Below, one piece after another: positions 39,433 through 48,835 of a stretch of DNA of 64,000 nucleotides (position 1 is its first letter; each line of letters begins with the position of its first letter). The notes under the pieces are model-generated. The model did no database searches, had not been told where the DNA came from, and saw nothing but the letters and a program-made list of their open reading frames with translations. Position numbers and translations under genes: made by a program. This DNA is from a virus, in IMG/VR virus record IMGVR_UViG_3300047550_003584, positions 1-64,000 of that record, one strand, 5' to 3'.

Positions 39433-41113
39433 TGGTGAAGACGCTCGTATCAAGATGAGCTGTCATGATCATGCGATTAAAGACTTTGATCTCCAACTGG
39501 AGATGAATGGTCTGCAAATGGAAATGCTTATGGAAGAGGGCAAGGTGTTAGACTACCACATGAGTGAGTATGAAGACCTTGAGCAAAAAAAGCTCAAGCT
39601 TCTAGTTGGTAAACGGTTTCACCAAAATGCAGCTAATGCCTATTGGTATTGGACGCAACGGGAGAAAGCTGGTAAATAAACTGCAATACAATAAGTAAAG
39701 CAGTAGGAGTTCCATGGGCGGTGATCCCGTTTTAAACAAATTAATTGCTGGGTTCACCCAAGATGGGACTCCTTTATCAGCAACCATTGGTTCTAAAATG
39801 GAGCATGGTGTTGTCATTTTGACGGCAGCCATGCTTTCTAATGAAAACCTTGCTGCATCAATGGATGCAGAAGAGATGGTAGATGCTGCCATCAATTACT
39901 ACAACTTGATTCAAAAACGTCTTGGGTATTACCAAGAGCATCAGGCCCATTCCCTTGAGCGTTTGTTAGGCAGCTAATTACTGCTACAGTAATTGCACCC
40001 TTACGACAAGGAATGGAACCCGTCTACGTACCAAAGCTCACCGTGTCTTTTGCGGTTGACCTTGAGTTGGAGTACAACTCTTTCGGCGGTAAAACCGCAG
40101 ATGAAATTACAGAGGCCCTCCAAGACGAGCTGGATGATCTATTATTTGAGTTGCCTAACGTGACCGGTGTCTACACAAGCTGTACTGCCATCCAATTCAA
40201 TGACTGACGACCTTGCCACCAGGCTCAATACAGCCGGTGCATTTGATACGCCTTGGCTCAAAGAACAACTGCAAAGTTGGAATGTAATTACTGAGCAAAA
40301 GAAAGCCGACTTTATGGAACACATGTACAAGTGTTCAGGTCGTACCAGCGGTCTTTACACTGGGCTATGGCAAGACTTTTGCATCCGTGAAGCAGGCCCT
40401 ATCATGCGGGAACGGTACTTTGAAATGCTCGAAGCAATCCGTCTCTATGAAGAAGGTTTGCTTGAACCTATTTCTTAAGGTTTACACTGAACTGACACAT
40501 TTGTTAGGGCGTGCCACGATAGTGGTGCGTCCCTTTTAGTTATGACTACAGCCAACGAACCTGTCGAGGCCATTGCTAAATGGCAAGAGTGGTATCGCAA
40601 ACATCGTGTTGTTCCTGAAATTAACGCACCACTTGTCACCCAAGATTCTGGTACTCTGGATGCCAGCAACAATCTATTGACTGACTACTGCACAACTATG
40701 TCATTTGAAAAAGCCAAAGAGTATTTTGCCGATACTCTTGCTGAATTTGCCAATGAGTTATCCGGCAAAGAACTCTACAAAGCTTTCTATGCCGCTGCCA
40801 TGGACAACATGGATTGCGCAGAAAAAGAATACAACAAAGCCAAGCAACTTGTTGACATGCTACGTCATAACAATGTCGCGCCTTAAAGATCCCGACTACC
40901 CAACTTGGGTCTGTGATACCTGTGGCCAAGACTATGGCACCTGGTACAAAAAGGGTTCCTACATTGGACCGCCACATCACTATGCCACTTATCACAACGG
41001 TACATGTGGTGTCTGTGGTGCAGAAAACATCCCCGTCACGGAGCCCAGGGACTATGGGCATCTAGCTGGTGAGTGGAGGGCTGCGATAATAAAGAGACGT
41101 AAGCCTAAGTCCG

Positions 41114-42433
41114 ATGCCAATCTATAGAGAAGCAGGCGAACCTCTTTTATATGAAGTTGTAAAGGTACAAACTTGCAGTGGTCAACCCCTTGAGGTAACT
41201 ACTGCAAGTGGTAATACTGTTTATATACAACCGGCAACTACGGCAGGTGATGCGTTTGGGCGGCTGCGGACGTCAAGTCCGCTGACGCTTTTTGATTCCA
41301 GTCATCGTTATCGCGATAATGGATTGTGGGCTACTTCCACAGGAACAGGTGGTACCTACACATTTAGTAGTGGAGAAGGTCTTGTCAACCTAAATGTAAC
41401 CACCGCGTCCGGCGCGGAAGTTCTTAGAGAAACCACCAAAGTGTGCTCATACCAACCAGGGAAATCCCTGCAGGTTATGAATACATTTGTCATGGCTTCT
41501 GGTAAAGCAAACCTGAGACAACGGGTTGGTTACTATGGCACGGATAATGGCATCTACATTGAAGTTAGTGGGGTTAGTGCTCCTTCTTTTGTTGAAAGGA
41601 ACTCCGTGTCAGGCGTTGTTGCTGAAACACGAGTTCCTCAGACCCAGTGGAATGTAGACCAGCTAGATGGCAATGGCCCTTCTGGTTTTACGCTTGACAT
41701 CACCAAAGCTCAGATCCATTGGATTGATGTGGAATGGTTGGGGCTTGGTACCGTGCGTACTGGTTTTGTAATCAATGGGCAACTAGTCCATTGCCATTCA
41801 TTTCACCATGCAAATCTTATTGCTTCAACCTATATGACAACGGCGTCTTTGCCGGTGCGTTATGAAATCACAAACCTTGGTACGACTGCAAGCAGCAGCA
41901 CACTGAAACAAGTATGTACAACAGTGCTATCAGAAGGTGGCTACGAATTACGTGGTGCACAGTCCTCTATTGGTACACCGATTGCCTCTCCGCGTGATTT
42001 AACAAATACCTCAACGGATTATCCGGTTGTTGCAATTCGTCTTAAATCAACTCGTCTTGATGCGGTTGTTATCTTGACCGCTATTTCTTTAATGGGCATT
42101 ACCAATAACTCCAACTACAACTGGAAAGTTATTGTTGGTGGTGCAACCAGTGGTGGAACATGGTCTGAAGTAAGTTCTGATTCTTCGGTTGAATACAACA
42201 TTACTGGCACGTCTTATACCCAAGGAACAGGGCGGGTGCTAGCTGGCGGTTTTGCCACAGGTTCCAACCAAGGATCAACTGTGATTGACATCTTGAAAGA
42301 AGCATTGTTTAAATTCCAGCTAGAACGTAATAGTTTTACTAGTACGCCAACAGAACTTACGCTTGTGTGCAGCAGTGCCCAGGCTGGATCCGATGTGCTG
42401 GCTTCTTTAGACTGGGAAGAAATTTCAAGATGA
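41114..42433 (+). CDS. Virion structural protein (cyanophage type)
   Basis: DAFGRLRTSSPLTLFD..YQPGKS..EWLGLG.VR.GF..ASLDWEE. Confidence 0.65.
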   Translation: MPIYREAGEPLLYEVVKVQTCSGQPLEVTTASGNTVYIQPATTAGDAFGRLRTSSPLTLFDSSHRYRDNGLWATSTGTGGTYTFSSGEGLVNLNVTTASGAEVLRETTKVCSYQPGKSLQVMNTFVMASGKANLRQRVGYYGTDNGIYIEVSGVSAPSFVERNSVSGVVAETRVPQTQWNVDQLDGNGPSGFTLDITKAQIHWIDVEWLGLGTVRTGFVINGQLVHCHSFHHANLIASTYMTTASLPVRYEITNLGTTASSSTLKQVCTTVLSEGGYELRGAQSSIGTPIASPRDLTNTSTDYPVVAIRLKSTRLDAVVILTAISLMGITNNSNYNWKVIVGGATSGGTWSEVSSDSSVEYNITGTSYTQGTGRVLAGGFATGSNQGSTVIDILKEALFKFQLERNSFTSTPTELTLVCSSAQAGSDVLASLDWEEISR

Positions 42434-42477
42434 GTCGTTAATACGCTATAATTTACAGGCGCGTTACCGCTTGTTTT

Positions 42478-43035
42478 GTGTCCATCCTCTTAAAAAACAG
42501 GCTTTCCCTAAAAGCCCATCGTACTTTGATTGAAGGACGCTTCTACATTTGTACAGAATCCCCCAGTGGATTGCGGTATAAAGTAAACTTACGTGGCTCT
42601 GCCAAAGCAGGTGCTGTTGCAGGTTCTTGTAATCACAACGGTTATTGGCAAATTGGTATCCGCATAAATGGAACATATAAAAAATTTCAAGCACATCGTA
42701 TTGTTTATTTTCTTCAAACAGGTACAGATCCCGGTGAGTTAATTGTTGATCACGCACAAGGAGTTGAAAACCCGCTTGATTTAAGGGGAGGTACTCAAAG
42801 CGATAACTTAGGTAACGCAAAAAAAAGATTGTTGGTAAATGGTAAACCAACAACAAGCAAATACAAAGGAGTTAGTTGGTTTACTTCCACACAAAAATGG
42901 CGAGTTGAAATAAGACATCAAGGTAAATCAATTCATCTTGGTTATTTTGACGATGAAGTTACTGCTGCTTTGATGTATGATGCAAAAGCATTTGAGTTAC
43001 GTGGAGACAAAGCACGTTTAAACTTTCCGCATTAG
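42478..43035 (+). CDS. HNH-AP2 homing endonuclease-like protein
   Basis: SPSGLRY..AHRIVY..VDH; AP2 segment SKYKGV.W..KWR..HLGYF.DE..AA. Confidence 0.8.
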   Translation: MSILLKNRLSLKAHRTLIEGRFYICTESPSGLRYKVNLRGSAKAGAVAGSCNHNGYWQIGIRINGTYKKFQAHRIVYFLQTGTDPGELIVDHAQGVENPLDLRGGTQSDNLGNAKKRLLVNGKPTTSKYKGVSWFTSTQKWRVEIRHQGKSIHLGYFDDEVTAALMYDAKAFELRGDKARLNFPH

Positions 43036-43068
43036 CCGCTGATAAACTAGAACTATTGAGAAAACACC

Positions 43069-43611
43069 ATGTATACTCCTGGTCCTCAAACGCAACAACC
43101 ACCCCAGATGGGGGTGACTCCAGAGCCGCAAGCAAAGCCCAAGGCGCCTGGTAAATCAAAGAATGGTGATGTTGGGGCCTTTATCCAGCAATGTATTTCC
43201 CTCTGCTCCTACCTCAAGGAACTTCAAACACAAGCGCACTTGGTCCATTTAAATTTTGAGGGATCAAACTTTCTTGGCGTGCATGCTTTTCTTAAAGAAC
43301 AATATGAAGCTCATCTAGAACAGTTTGATACGTTAGGTGAGTTTATTCGTTCTTTAGATTATTTAATGCCGATGTGCGCCAGGGGGCTGGCAGATGCTGG
43401 CCCAGGTATTCAGCATGTTACTAGCTATAAAGGTACTGATCAACTTGCTACGTACTACAAAAATCTTGAAGAGCTTGGCATGAAAGCTAAAAAACTTGAG
43501 CCTATTGCGGCCAAGGTAGGTGCTATTGACGTGCAAAATTATATGGCAGAGCTTTGCGGCCAAGCTTTTAAAGCTGCTTGGTTCTGTAAAGCTACTCTAC
43601 GTAATGGGTAA
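43069..43611 (+). CDS. dps: Dps/ferritin-like protein
   Basis: AHLVHLNFEGSNFLGVHAFLKEQYE..FDTLGEFIRSL matches the Dps helix 1-2 pattern. Confidence 0.75.
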   Translation: MYTPGPQTQQPPQMGVTPEPQAKPKAPGKSKNGDVGAFIQQCISLCSYLKELQTQAHLVHLNFEGSNFLGVHAFLKEQYEAHLEQFDTLGEFIRSLDYLMPMCARGLADAGPGIQHVTSYKGTDQLATYYKNLEELGMKAKKLEPIAAKVGAIDVQNYMAELCGQAFKAAWFCKATLRNG

Positions 43612-43846
43612 GACGGTGACAGTTGCAACATAATAGTATACACTTGCTAATCTCTTCTTCTACGCGTTTCCAGGCGTAGCCATGGTTCACCATGCTGGAG
43701 ATGTTATTGTCCTTGTCTCCAATGTGGTGGAACTCAAGGACACGATGATCATTCAAACCACACTTCTCGCATTGCAGAGTCTTCTTGTACTCCAGAAGCT
43801 TTTGTCGGTTCTTGTTGATGCGTTCCTTGGATTGGCTCCAGGGCAT
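43592..43846 (-). CDS. Small HNH endonuclease
   Basis: CEKCG..LEFHH..K..EI.KC.LLC.NCHR..H. Confidence 0.8.
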   Translation of the reverse strand: MPWSQSKERINKNRQKLLEYKKTLQCEKCGLNDHRVLEFHHIGDKDNNISSMVNHGYAWKRVEEEISKCILLCCNCHRLTHYVE

Positions 43847-43899
43847 TTATAAAATTTATTCGTGTAATTAATATAACGCTTTTATTGATGTTTGTTATA

Positions 43900-43971
43900 T
43901 CGAGATGACAGGGATTGAACCTGTGACCCTCTGCTCCCAAAGCAGATGCGCTACCGCTGCGCTACATCTCG
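43900..43971 (-). tRNA. trnP: tRNA-Pro(UGG), CCA not encoded
   Basis: Acceptor CGAGATG/CATCTCG, D-arm GCGC-AGCGGTA-GCGC, anticodon arm TCTGC-TTTGGGA-GCAGA, T-arm ACAGG-TTCAATC-CCTGT. Confidence 0.93.
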
Positions 43972-43974
43972 GAG

Positions 43975-44504
43975 CAGGGCAAGAGTATCCGCCTACGATA
44001 ATCTACGATGCGGCCTAGGGGACTCTTTGTTTAATGCAACGTTCCTTGTTGCACCCTGATCGGTCGTGCTGGAATCGAACCAACTTTCTCGTGCATTGTC
44101 TGCCCGTCCTTACCAATAGACTACCGACCGAGTGACCCCCTGGTTTGTGCATCATCCTGAAAACCATTTTGTTGACGTCAACAAAATGGTCTACGTATCG
44201 GAGCTAAGCATAGGGGGTGTTGTTAATAGATGGATGCAGTGTAACTGGCTTACCGACAATCGGGCTGTGAGTTAACCAGGCGTATCCAGACAGTGACTGC
44301 ACCTCTATCATTGTTACTCCGGGGCCTTTGCTGACAGAGAGCAAAGGTTGGTAACCCGGAGAGGCCAGAATAAATCCTGGACTTAATCTTGGGCTCTCCT
44401 TCTAGGCTATCTGCCTAACGAGTCACCCAGCCTTCGCGCTTGCCGAATCGGTCCCCGGCGCATCAGCGGCCAACTGAGCCCCATCGAAAGAGAGGGGGAA
44501 CTCA
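43975..44504 (-). ncRNA. Array of abutting structured RNA modules
   Basis: No ORF; eight or nine consecutive closed stem-loop modules; G-U wobbles fit the minus strand; TATAAT at 44513-44508. Confidence 0.7.
44059..44131 (-). tRNA. tRNA-like element with aberrant anticodon arm
   Basis: Acceptor TCGGTCG/CGACCGA, D-arm GTCTATTGGTAAGGAC, T-arm GTTGG-TTCGATT-CCAGC; anticodon arm GGGCA-GACAA-TGCAC is non-canonical. Confidence 0.65.
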
Positions 44505-45158
44505 CATATTATACACACAACTTACATCACGGTACTTTAAAAACGTGTCATACATGAAATGATCTGACGTCTCAATCATCCGTGAGTTCTCAACACTGTA
44601 CTCATTCAGGTCAATCTCGTAGCCAGGGTTCTTATCAATCCTGTTGCGTAGCCAAGCGTCATCGTACCAAATGATTTTGTTATTGGGGTACGCGTAGAAG
44701 TTTCCGTTGTCCATACGAAAGAAATGCGCACACTTATGTTCAGGCGTTTCGCTGAAGTTAGTGTTAAGAGTTGCTTTGGATTCCCAAGACCAATCCAGCG
44801 TGAACATGTAAACGCCTTGATTGCGTTCTTCTTTGTAGTTAATTAGCTCTGCGCGTAAGTTGGCAAGACGTGAGCGCACCTGCACATCGATATAGGGAGA
44901 GAAGCAATCCCACCACATACACTCGTTCAACACAGGGACTGGTGCATCTGGTTTCCAGCACAACGCATGGATTGGGCGACGGGTCCAGTTGACGCCATTC
45001 TCCAGAAACACCTCAAACAAAGGTACGCGTTTCTCCAGGGATGCTACAGAGTGTACGTCGCAAGGCGTTACCTCGCCCTGACCTTGCTTGTGGTTGTATA
45101 AAAACTCGTTGCGTATATAGCAAGTGAAGGTAGGTAGGTTGTGGTTGAGATATGCCAC
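44502..45158 (-). CDS. Conserved phage hypothetical protein
   Basis: 218 aa, MAYLNHNLP..WDCFS..HKCAH..GNFYAYPNN. Confidence 0.75.
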   Translation of the reverse strand: MAYLNHNLPTFTCYIRNEFLYNHKQGQGEVTPCDVHSVASLEKRVPLFEVFLENGVNWTRRPIHALCWKPDAPVPVLNECMWWDCFSPYIDVQVRSRLANLRAELINYKEERNQGVYMFTLDWSWESKATLNTNFSETPEHKCAHFFRMDNGNFYAYPNNKIIWYDDAWLRNRIDKNPGYEIDLNEYSVENSRMIETSDHFMYDTFLKYRDVSCVYNM

Positions 45159-45185
45159 AAAAAATCCCGGTTGTTATACCGGGAT
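45159..45185 (-). terminator. Intrinsic terminator-like hairpin
   Basis: ATCCCGGT-ATAACA-ACCGGGAT-TTTTT abutting the GTG start of the next gene. Confidence 0.65.
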
Positions 45186-45297
45186 CTTAGCTTCCTTCCT
45201 TGCTCTTGTGAGCACTACATTCATAACGTGAAAGGGGTTTCGACTATTACCCCTAGAGCGAAATTGCTCCGTGTGTCAGGATATCACAACACGAGCG

Positions 45298-45447
45298 TTA
45301 CTTTTTCTTTTTGGCTGCCGCTTCTTTTTTCTTGGCAATCATTTCTTTAAACTTGTCGCGTGCTTCGGTCTGCTTGGCAGATGCACCACCTTTGCCCTTA
45401 GGAGGCACAGCACCTTTCTTGGGAGGCACGGGTTTCTTTTTTTCCAT
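45298..45447 (-). CDS. 49-aa Lys-rich protein (below the ORF-track cutoff)
   Basis: MEKKKPVPPKKGAVPPKGKGG..KKKEAAAKKKK; TATACT upstream. Confidence 0.65.
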   Translation of the reverse strand: MEKKKPVPPKKGAVPPKGKGGASAKQTEARDKFKEMIAKKKEAAAKKKK

Positions 45448-45491
45448 GGTAAAAAGGAATCTTTGTTAAGTATAGGAGCTGTTAATTGTAA

Positions 45492-46376
45492 TTACCAAGC
45501 CCAAACACGAACATAACCACTGGCGCCATTACCACCAGCGCCGGAATTACCAGATCCGCTGCCGCCTCCACCGCCGCCTCCGCCGCCAGGAAAAGCTCCA
45601 TCACCGCCGTTCCCGCCAGTACCGGTAGAACCACCGCCACCGCCACCGCCATCACCTCTTGTAGAACCTGCAACACCTGAACCGCCTCCAGTTCCTCCCG
45701 CACCGCCACCACCTAAAGCTGTTGATCCGGTAGCGCTATTTTTTTGTTCAGAAAATCCTTCTCCGCCCGCAGCGCCTGTAGTTGTAGCGTTAATGGTTGT
45801 AGCACCACCGCCACCACCGCCACCACCTGGTCCTAAAGATGCTCTAGTAGCGCTTGTTGCAGTTCCTCCGCTAATAGAAGCAGTTCCACCCGAACCTCCA
45901 TATAAACCGTTTGCACTAAAACCATATTGACTAACTGTTCCTGCAGTAATTGATACAGTACTACCGCCACCGCCACCAGTGCTACTTGCAGTAATAAGTA
46001 AAGTTCCAAAAGAAGAAGAACCTCCATCGCCTCCTGGGCTACCGTCTCCAGTACTTGTACGTGCAGCTCCACCTGTGCCTCCTGCACCAACTGTAACCGT
46101 TACAGTTGCACCAACTTCGGAAGCTGGAAACCAACGACTAACAAATTTTCCTCCTGCACCTCCTGCACCTCCTGGTCGTGCAGTTGAAGTAGTGGCATTT
46201 TTACGCCCACTGCCGCCACCACCACCACCACCAACGCACTCAACATAAACAAAGCTTACGTTGTCTGGCTTTGTCCAGGTCCCATTACTTGTAAATTCTT
46301 GATATGAAAGCGTGGCTGAAGAAGAAGAACCTGTATTATCAAACGTCCCAGTAAAGGGATTAAACTCGTAGGCCAT
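45492..46376 (-). CDS. Glycine-rich tail-fibre-like protein
   Basis: FTSNGTWTKP..VECVGGGGGGGSG..GAGGNGASGYVRV. Confidence 0.7.
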   Translation of the reverse strand: MAYEFNPFTGTFDNTGSSSSATLSYQEFTSNGTWTKPDNVSFVYVECVGGGGGGGSGRKNATTSTARPGGAGGAGGKFVSRWFPASEVGATVTVTVGAGGTGGAARTSTGDGSPGGDGGSSSFGTLLITASSTGGGGGSTVSITAGTVSQYGFSANGLYGGSGGTASISGGTATSATRASLGPGGGGGGGGATTINATTTGAAGGEGFSEQKNSATGSTALGGGGAGGTGGGSGVAGSTRGDGGGGGGGSTGTGGNGGDGAFPGGGGGGGGGSGSGNSGAGGNGASGYVRVWAW

Positions 46377-46380
46377 TTAA

Positions 46381-46623
46381 TTAACTCTTGGTAACGCTTG
46401 TTAAATTCCCGCCGCTATATGTAAGTGCTAGTGTTGCAATAGTTGTGCCACCTGAGCCTCCTGTTTTGTATTCAACACCTGTCAAAGTAGTGCCGCTATA
46501 GCTTAAAGAAATATGGTCATAGCTAGGAATACTAAAGCCTTCTTTAATTTCTAAAGGTTTTCCGCTAACTGTTGATACTTTGTAATGCGTATATAGCGCA
46601 TTACCCTCCCAAACATTTGGCAT
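46381..46623 (-). CDS. Small virion protein
   Basis: IPSYDHISLSY..YKTGG.GGT.IATLALTYSGGNLTSVTKS. Confidence 0.6.
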   Translation of the reverse strand: MPNVWEGNALYTHYKVSTVSGKPLEIKEGFSIPSYDHISLSYSGTTLTGVEYKTGGSGGTTIATLALTYSGGNLTSVTKS

Positions 46624-46673
46624 TTTTATTCTCCTGGTAACTCTATTTTATCAAATAAAACTGTTGGACAGTT

Positions 46674-47170
46674 TTATTTGCTGTTTTTCTTGTAGCGTTT
46701 TGCTACACGGGCAGCACGTCCTGCTTTTTTTGCGGTATCTGTGTTAGGTACAAACTGTTTACCTTCGCGGCTACCAGCTCTTTTCTTTTGATCTGTCTCT
46801 TGACGCTCTTCTTTAGACAGCGATGCCCACGCAGCCTTTGGTAGGTAACGCTTGGTATATCCCTTTTGTATAGCCTTGTCTGGCATCACTTGTTCTCCTT
46901 GTATTTTTTAGCGGCAGCTTTAGCTTTACCACGTTTCTCGTATTCATCCTTAGTCATCCATTTTTCAGATGACCATTTCTCTAACGACTTTTGTTTTTCT
47001 CCCTTGCCACCTTTATATCCACCACCAGCCTTTTCATATTCCTGGGCAAGTAGTTGACTTTTCCTAGCACTCCACTGACCTTTTCGAGCGCCACGATCAC
47101 CTGCCATAATGCGATCTTTAATTCGCTCGCGTAACTCAGGTTTTGTGTACTTGCTATCATCCTGCGCCAT
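46674..47170 (-). CDS. DUF5872-like protein encoded as two coupled ORFs (46886-47170 and 46674-46889)
   Basis: YTKPELRERIK..GQWSARK.QLLAQEYEKAGGGY in the first ORF; RYLPKAAW..KQFVPNT in the second. Confidence 0.6.
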
Positions 47171-47397
47171 TAGCGTAAAACCCCCATACGACGTGCATCT
47201 TCTAAAGTGCCAGGAGCTGTTGCTCCTGCATTTAAAGTCATAACGCCTAAAGCAGGAATAGAAACATAAGGTAAGCCAAAGAAAGTAGCAGCGCCTTTAT
47301 TTAACGGATCATTACTGCTTGCAACCATTCCTTGAGAAATAGCGGCTTTTCCAAACGGATTGTTTAAGAATTTACCAGCTAACTGAAAGGGATTCAC
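47170..47397 (-). CDS. Small putative virion protein
   Basis: MNPFQLAGKFL; has its own TAAAAT element. Confidence 0.5.
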   Translation of the reverse strand: MNPFQLAGKFLNNPFGKAAISQGMVASSNDPLNKGAATFFGLPYVSIPALGVMTLNAGATAPGTLEDARRMGVLR

Positions 47398-47857
47398 TTC
47401 ACTTTTTCTTGCGTTCTTCTATTATTTTACGATACTTACATGGACGCAACAAAGCATCGTCAACGTCACGCTTGGTGATGTACGGAAACTCTCGCTCTAG
47501 TTGAGCAAAGTATTTAGCTAGACGCTCTTCATCGCTTTGGGGACTGAGCATCGTTCTTGCTGGAGAAGTGCTGCATCAATTCGTCCACTTGCTCCAGGGA
47601 TTCGAGACGGCACAACAGATCGGAAATCGTGTTAACGGTCAATGGATGCTCAGTGCGTGCAGCAAAGGCAAGGGCGTCGCGCAAGCAATTGGAAGCTTGA
47701 TCGACTGCTTCTTTAACTTGGGTGGAAAGAGCCATTTCAGATTCCTTGGGTTTACGAAGTACAGGAACGATGATCATGTCAATATCGTAGCAACTAATGT
47801 ATTGTTGCACGATAAAAAGAAAAGCCTTGGTGTAATACTACTACCAAGGCATATGGT

Positions 47858-48463
47858 TTACTCGTATTCTTCTGACCAAATCCAACCGATTTGGTATTTG
47901 TCAAACAAAGGTTCGATACCAAGAGCATCCATCAGCTCGTAAATCAAGCGTCCTTTGCCCAGGCGTTTGCCGGTTGGTGTCTTGATGTTGTCATCAACAA
48001 CGATCAAAGTCCCAGGGACAATTAAGTTTTTTGCGGCAAATAATTCTTTGAGGTGATGGGCGGCCGGTGCCCAATCATTGTTCCAATCTGTGATGTTGTA
48101 TGAATCTAAATACAGCAAAGAAACTTTCTCATTACTTGTATGCTCTCCTAAAAACTCAACTGAGTCAGAACAAGCAATCCAAGAACCTGAATAGATAACA
48201 CTTTTGCCTGCTAATTTACATGCAACGGGATCAATATCAACAGATACCAGGGTTCCTTCATTTCTGAAAGCAAGGTAGTTGTCGAATAAAAGCGTTGAAC
48301 AACCGTCGCCTGTGTAATTGTTTTCTTCTCGATAGGTGCCAGTTTCAATAATGTACGGATCTTTAAACTCGTCTAGGTAATTAAAAATCTGTTTAAAGGT
48401 GTTGCCACGGGCGCCCAGCTTGGGATATACCTCCCGAAAATAACTATCCCAAGAAGAAGCCAT
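47858..48463 (-). CDS. Class I SAM-dependent methyltransferase
   Basis: IIETGT, VSVDID, DSVEFL, LLYLDS, LIVVDD. Confidence 0.8.
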   Translation of the reverse strand: MASSWDSYFREVYPKLGARGNTFKQIFNYLDEFKDPYIIETGTYREENNYTGDGCSTLLFDNYLAFRNEGTLVSVDIDPVACKLAGKSVIYSGSWIACSDSVEFLGEHTSNEKVSLLYLDSYNITDWNNDWAPAAHHLKELFAAKNLIVPGTLIVVDDNIKTPTGKRLGKGRLIYELMDALGIEPLFDKYQIGWIWSEEYE

Positions 48464-48592
48464 CAGAAATCAACGCGCGTATAAGAAATGTCTTGTGATT
48501 GTAACTCAGTTTCGTACTGATCGGCTTCAATGGTTTCTACATCAAGGAAAGAAAGTCCCTCAAAGCAACCAGTACGGCAATCTTCGTCAAAT

Positions 48593-48835
48593 TCAAAATA
48601 AAATCTCGTTAAGTTTGATGTCATGGGTGATGCACCAGATCAAGAGAAAAGTAAGGGCAAGCATGGCAATGCGCCCATTGACACGTTCGGCATACCAGAT
48701 GTGATCGTCAAGGTTTGTGTGTCGTTTCCAAAACTTGAGGTCGGGGGATTCCTCCCAAATAAATTTGAGGATTGCCCCAGGGATCCAGGAGACGCAGGAG
48801 AAATACCCTTGAAGACCAAGCCAGAACTTGTTCAT
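48593..48835 (-). CDS. hli: High-light-inducible (Hli/CAB-like) protein
   Basis: Chlorophyll-binding motif AERVNGRIAMLAL followed by a hydrophobic helix. Confidence 0.8.
   Translation of the reverse strand: MNKFWLGLQGYFSCVSWIPGAILKFIWEESPDLKFWKRHTNLDDHIWYAERVNGRIAMLALTFLLIWCITHDIKLNEILF

Noticed and set aside
43749-43940. ORF-track 63-aa ORF, and the N-terminal extension of 26644..27063
   Set aside because: They read through tRNA-Pro and tRNA-Leu respectively; the likely genes are 43592-43846 and 26701-27063.
44429-44471. Hammerhead ribozyme (CTGATG...GAA on the minus strand)
   Set aside because: The core reads CUGAUGC/GAAG rather than CUGAUGA/GAAA, and the motifs form a two-way internal loop with no third stem or NUH site.
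45190-45203. SRP RNA-like GGAAGGAAGC
   Set aside because: The complementary CAGG strand and GGAA-tetraloop helix of SRP domain IV are absent.
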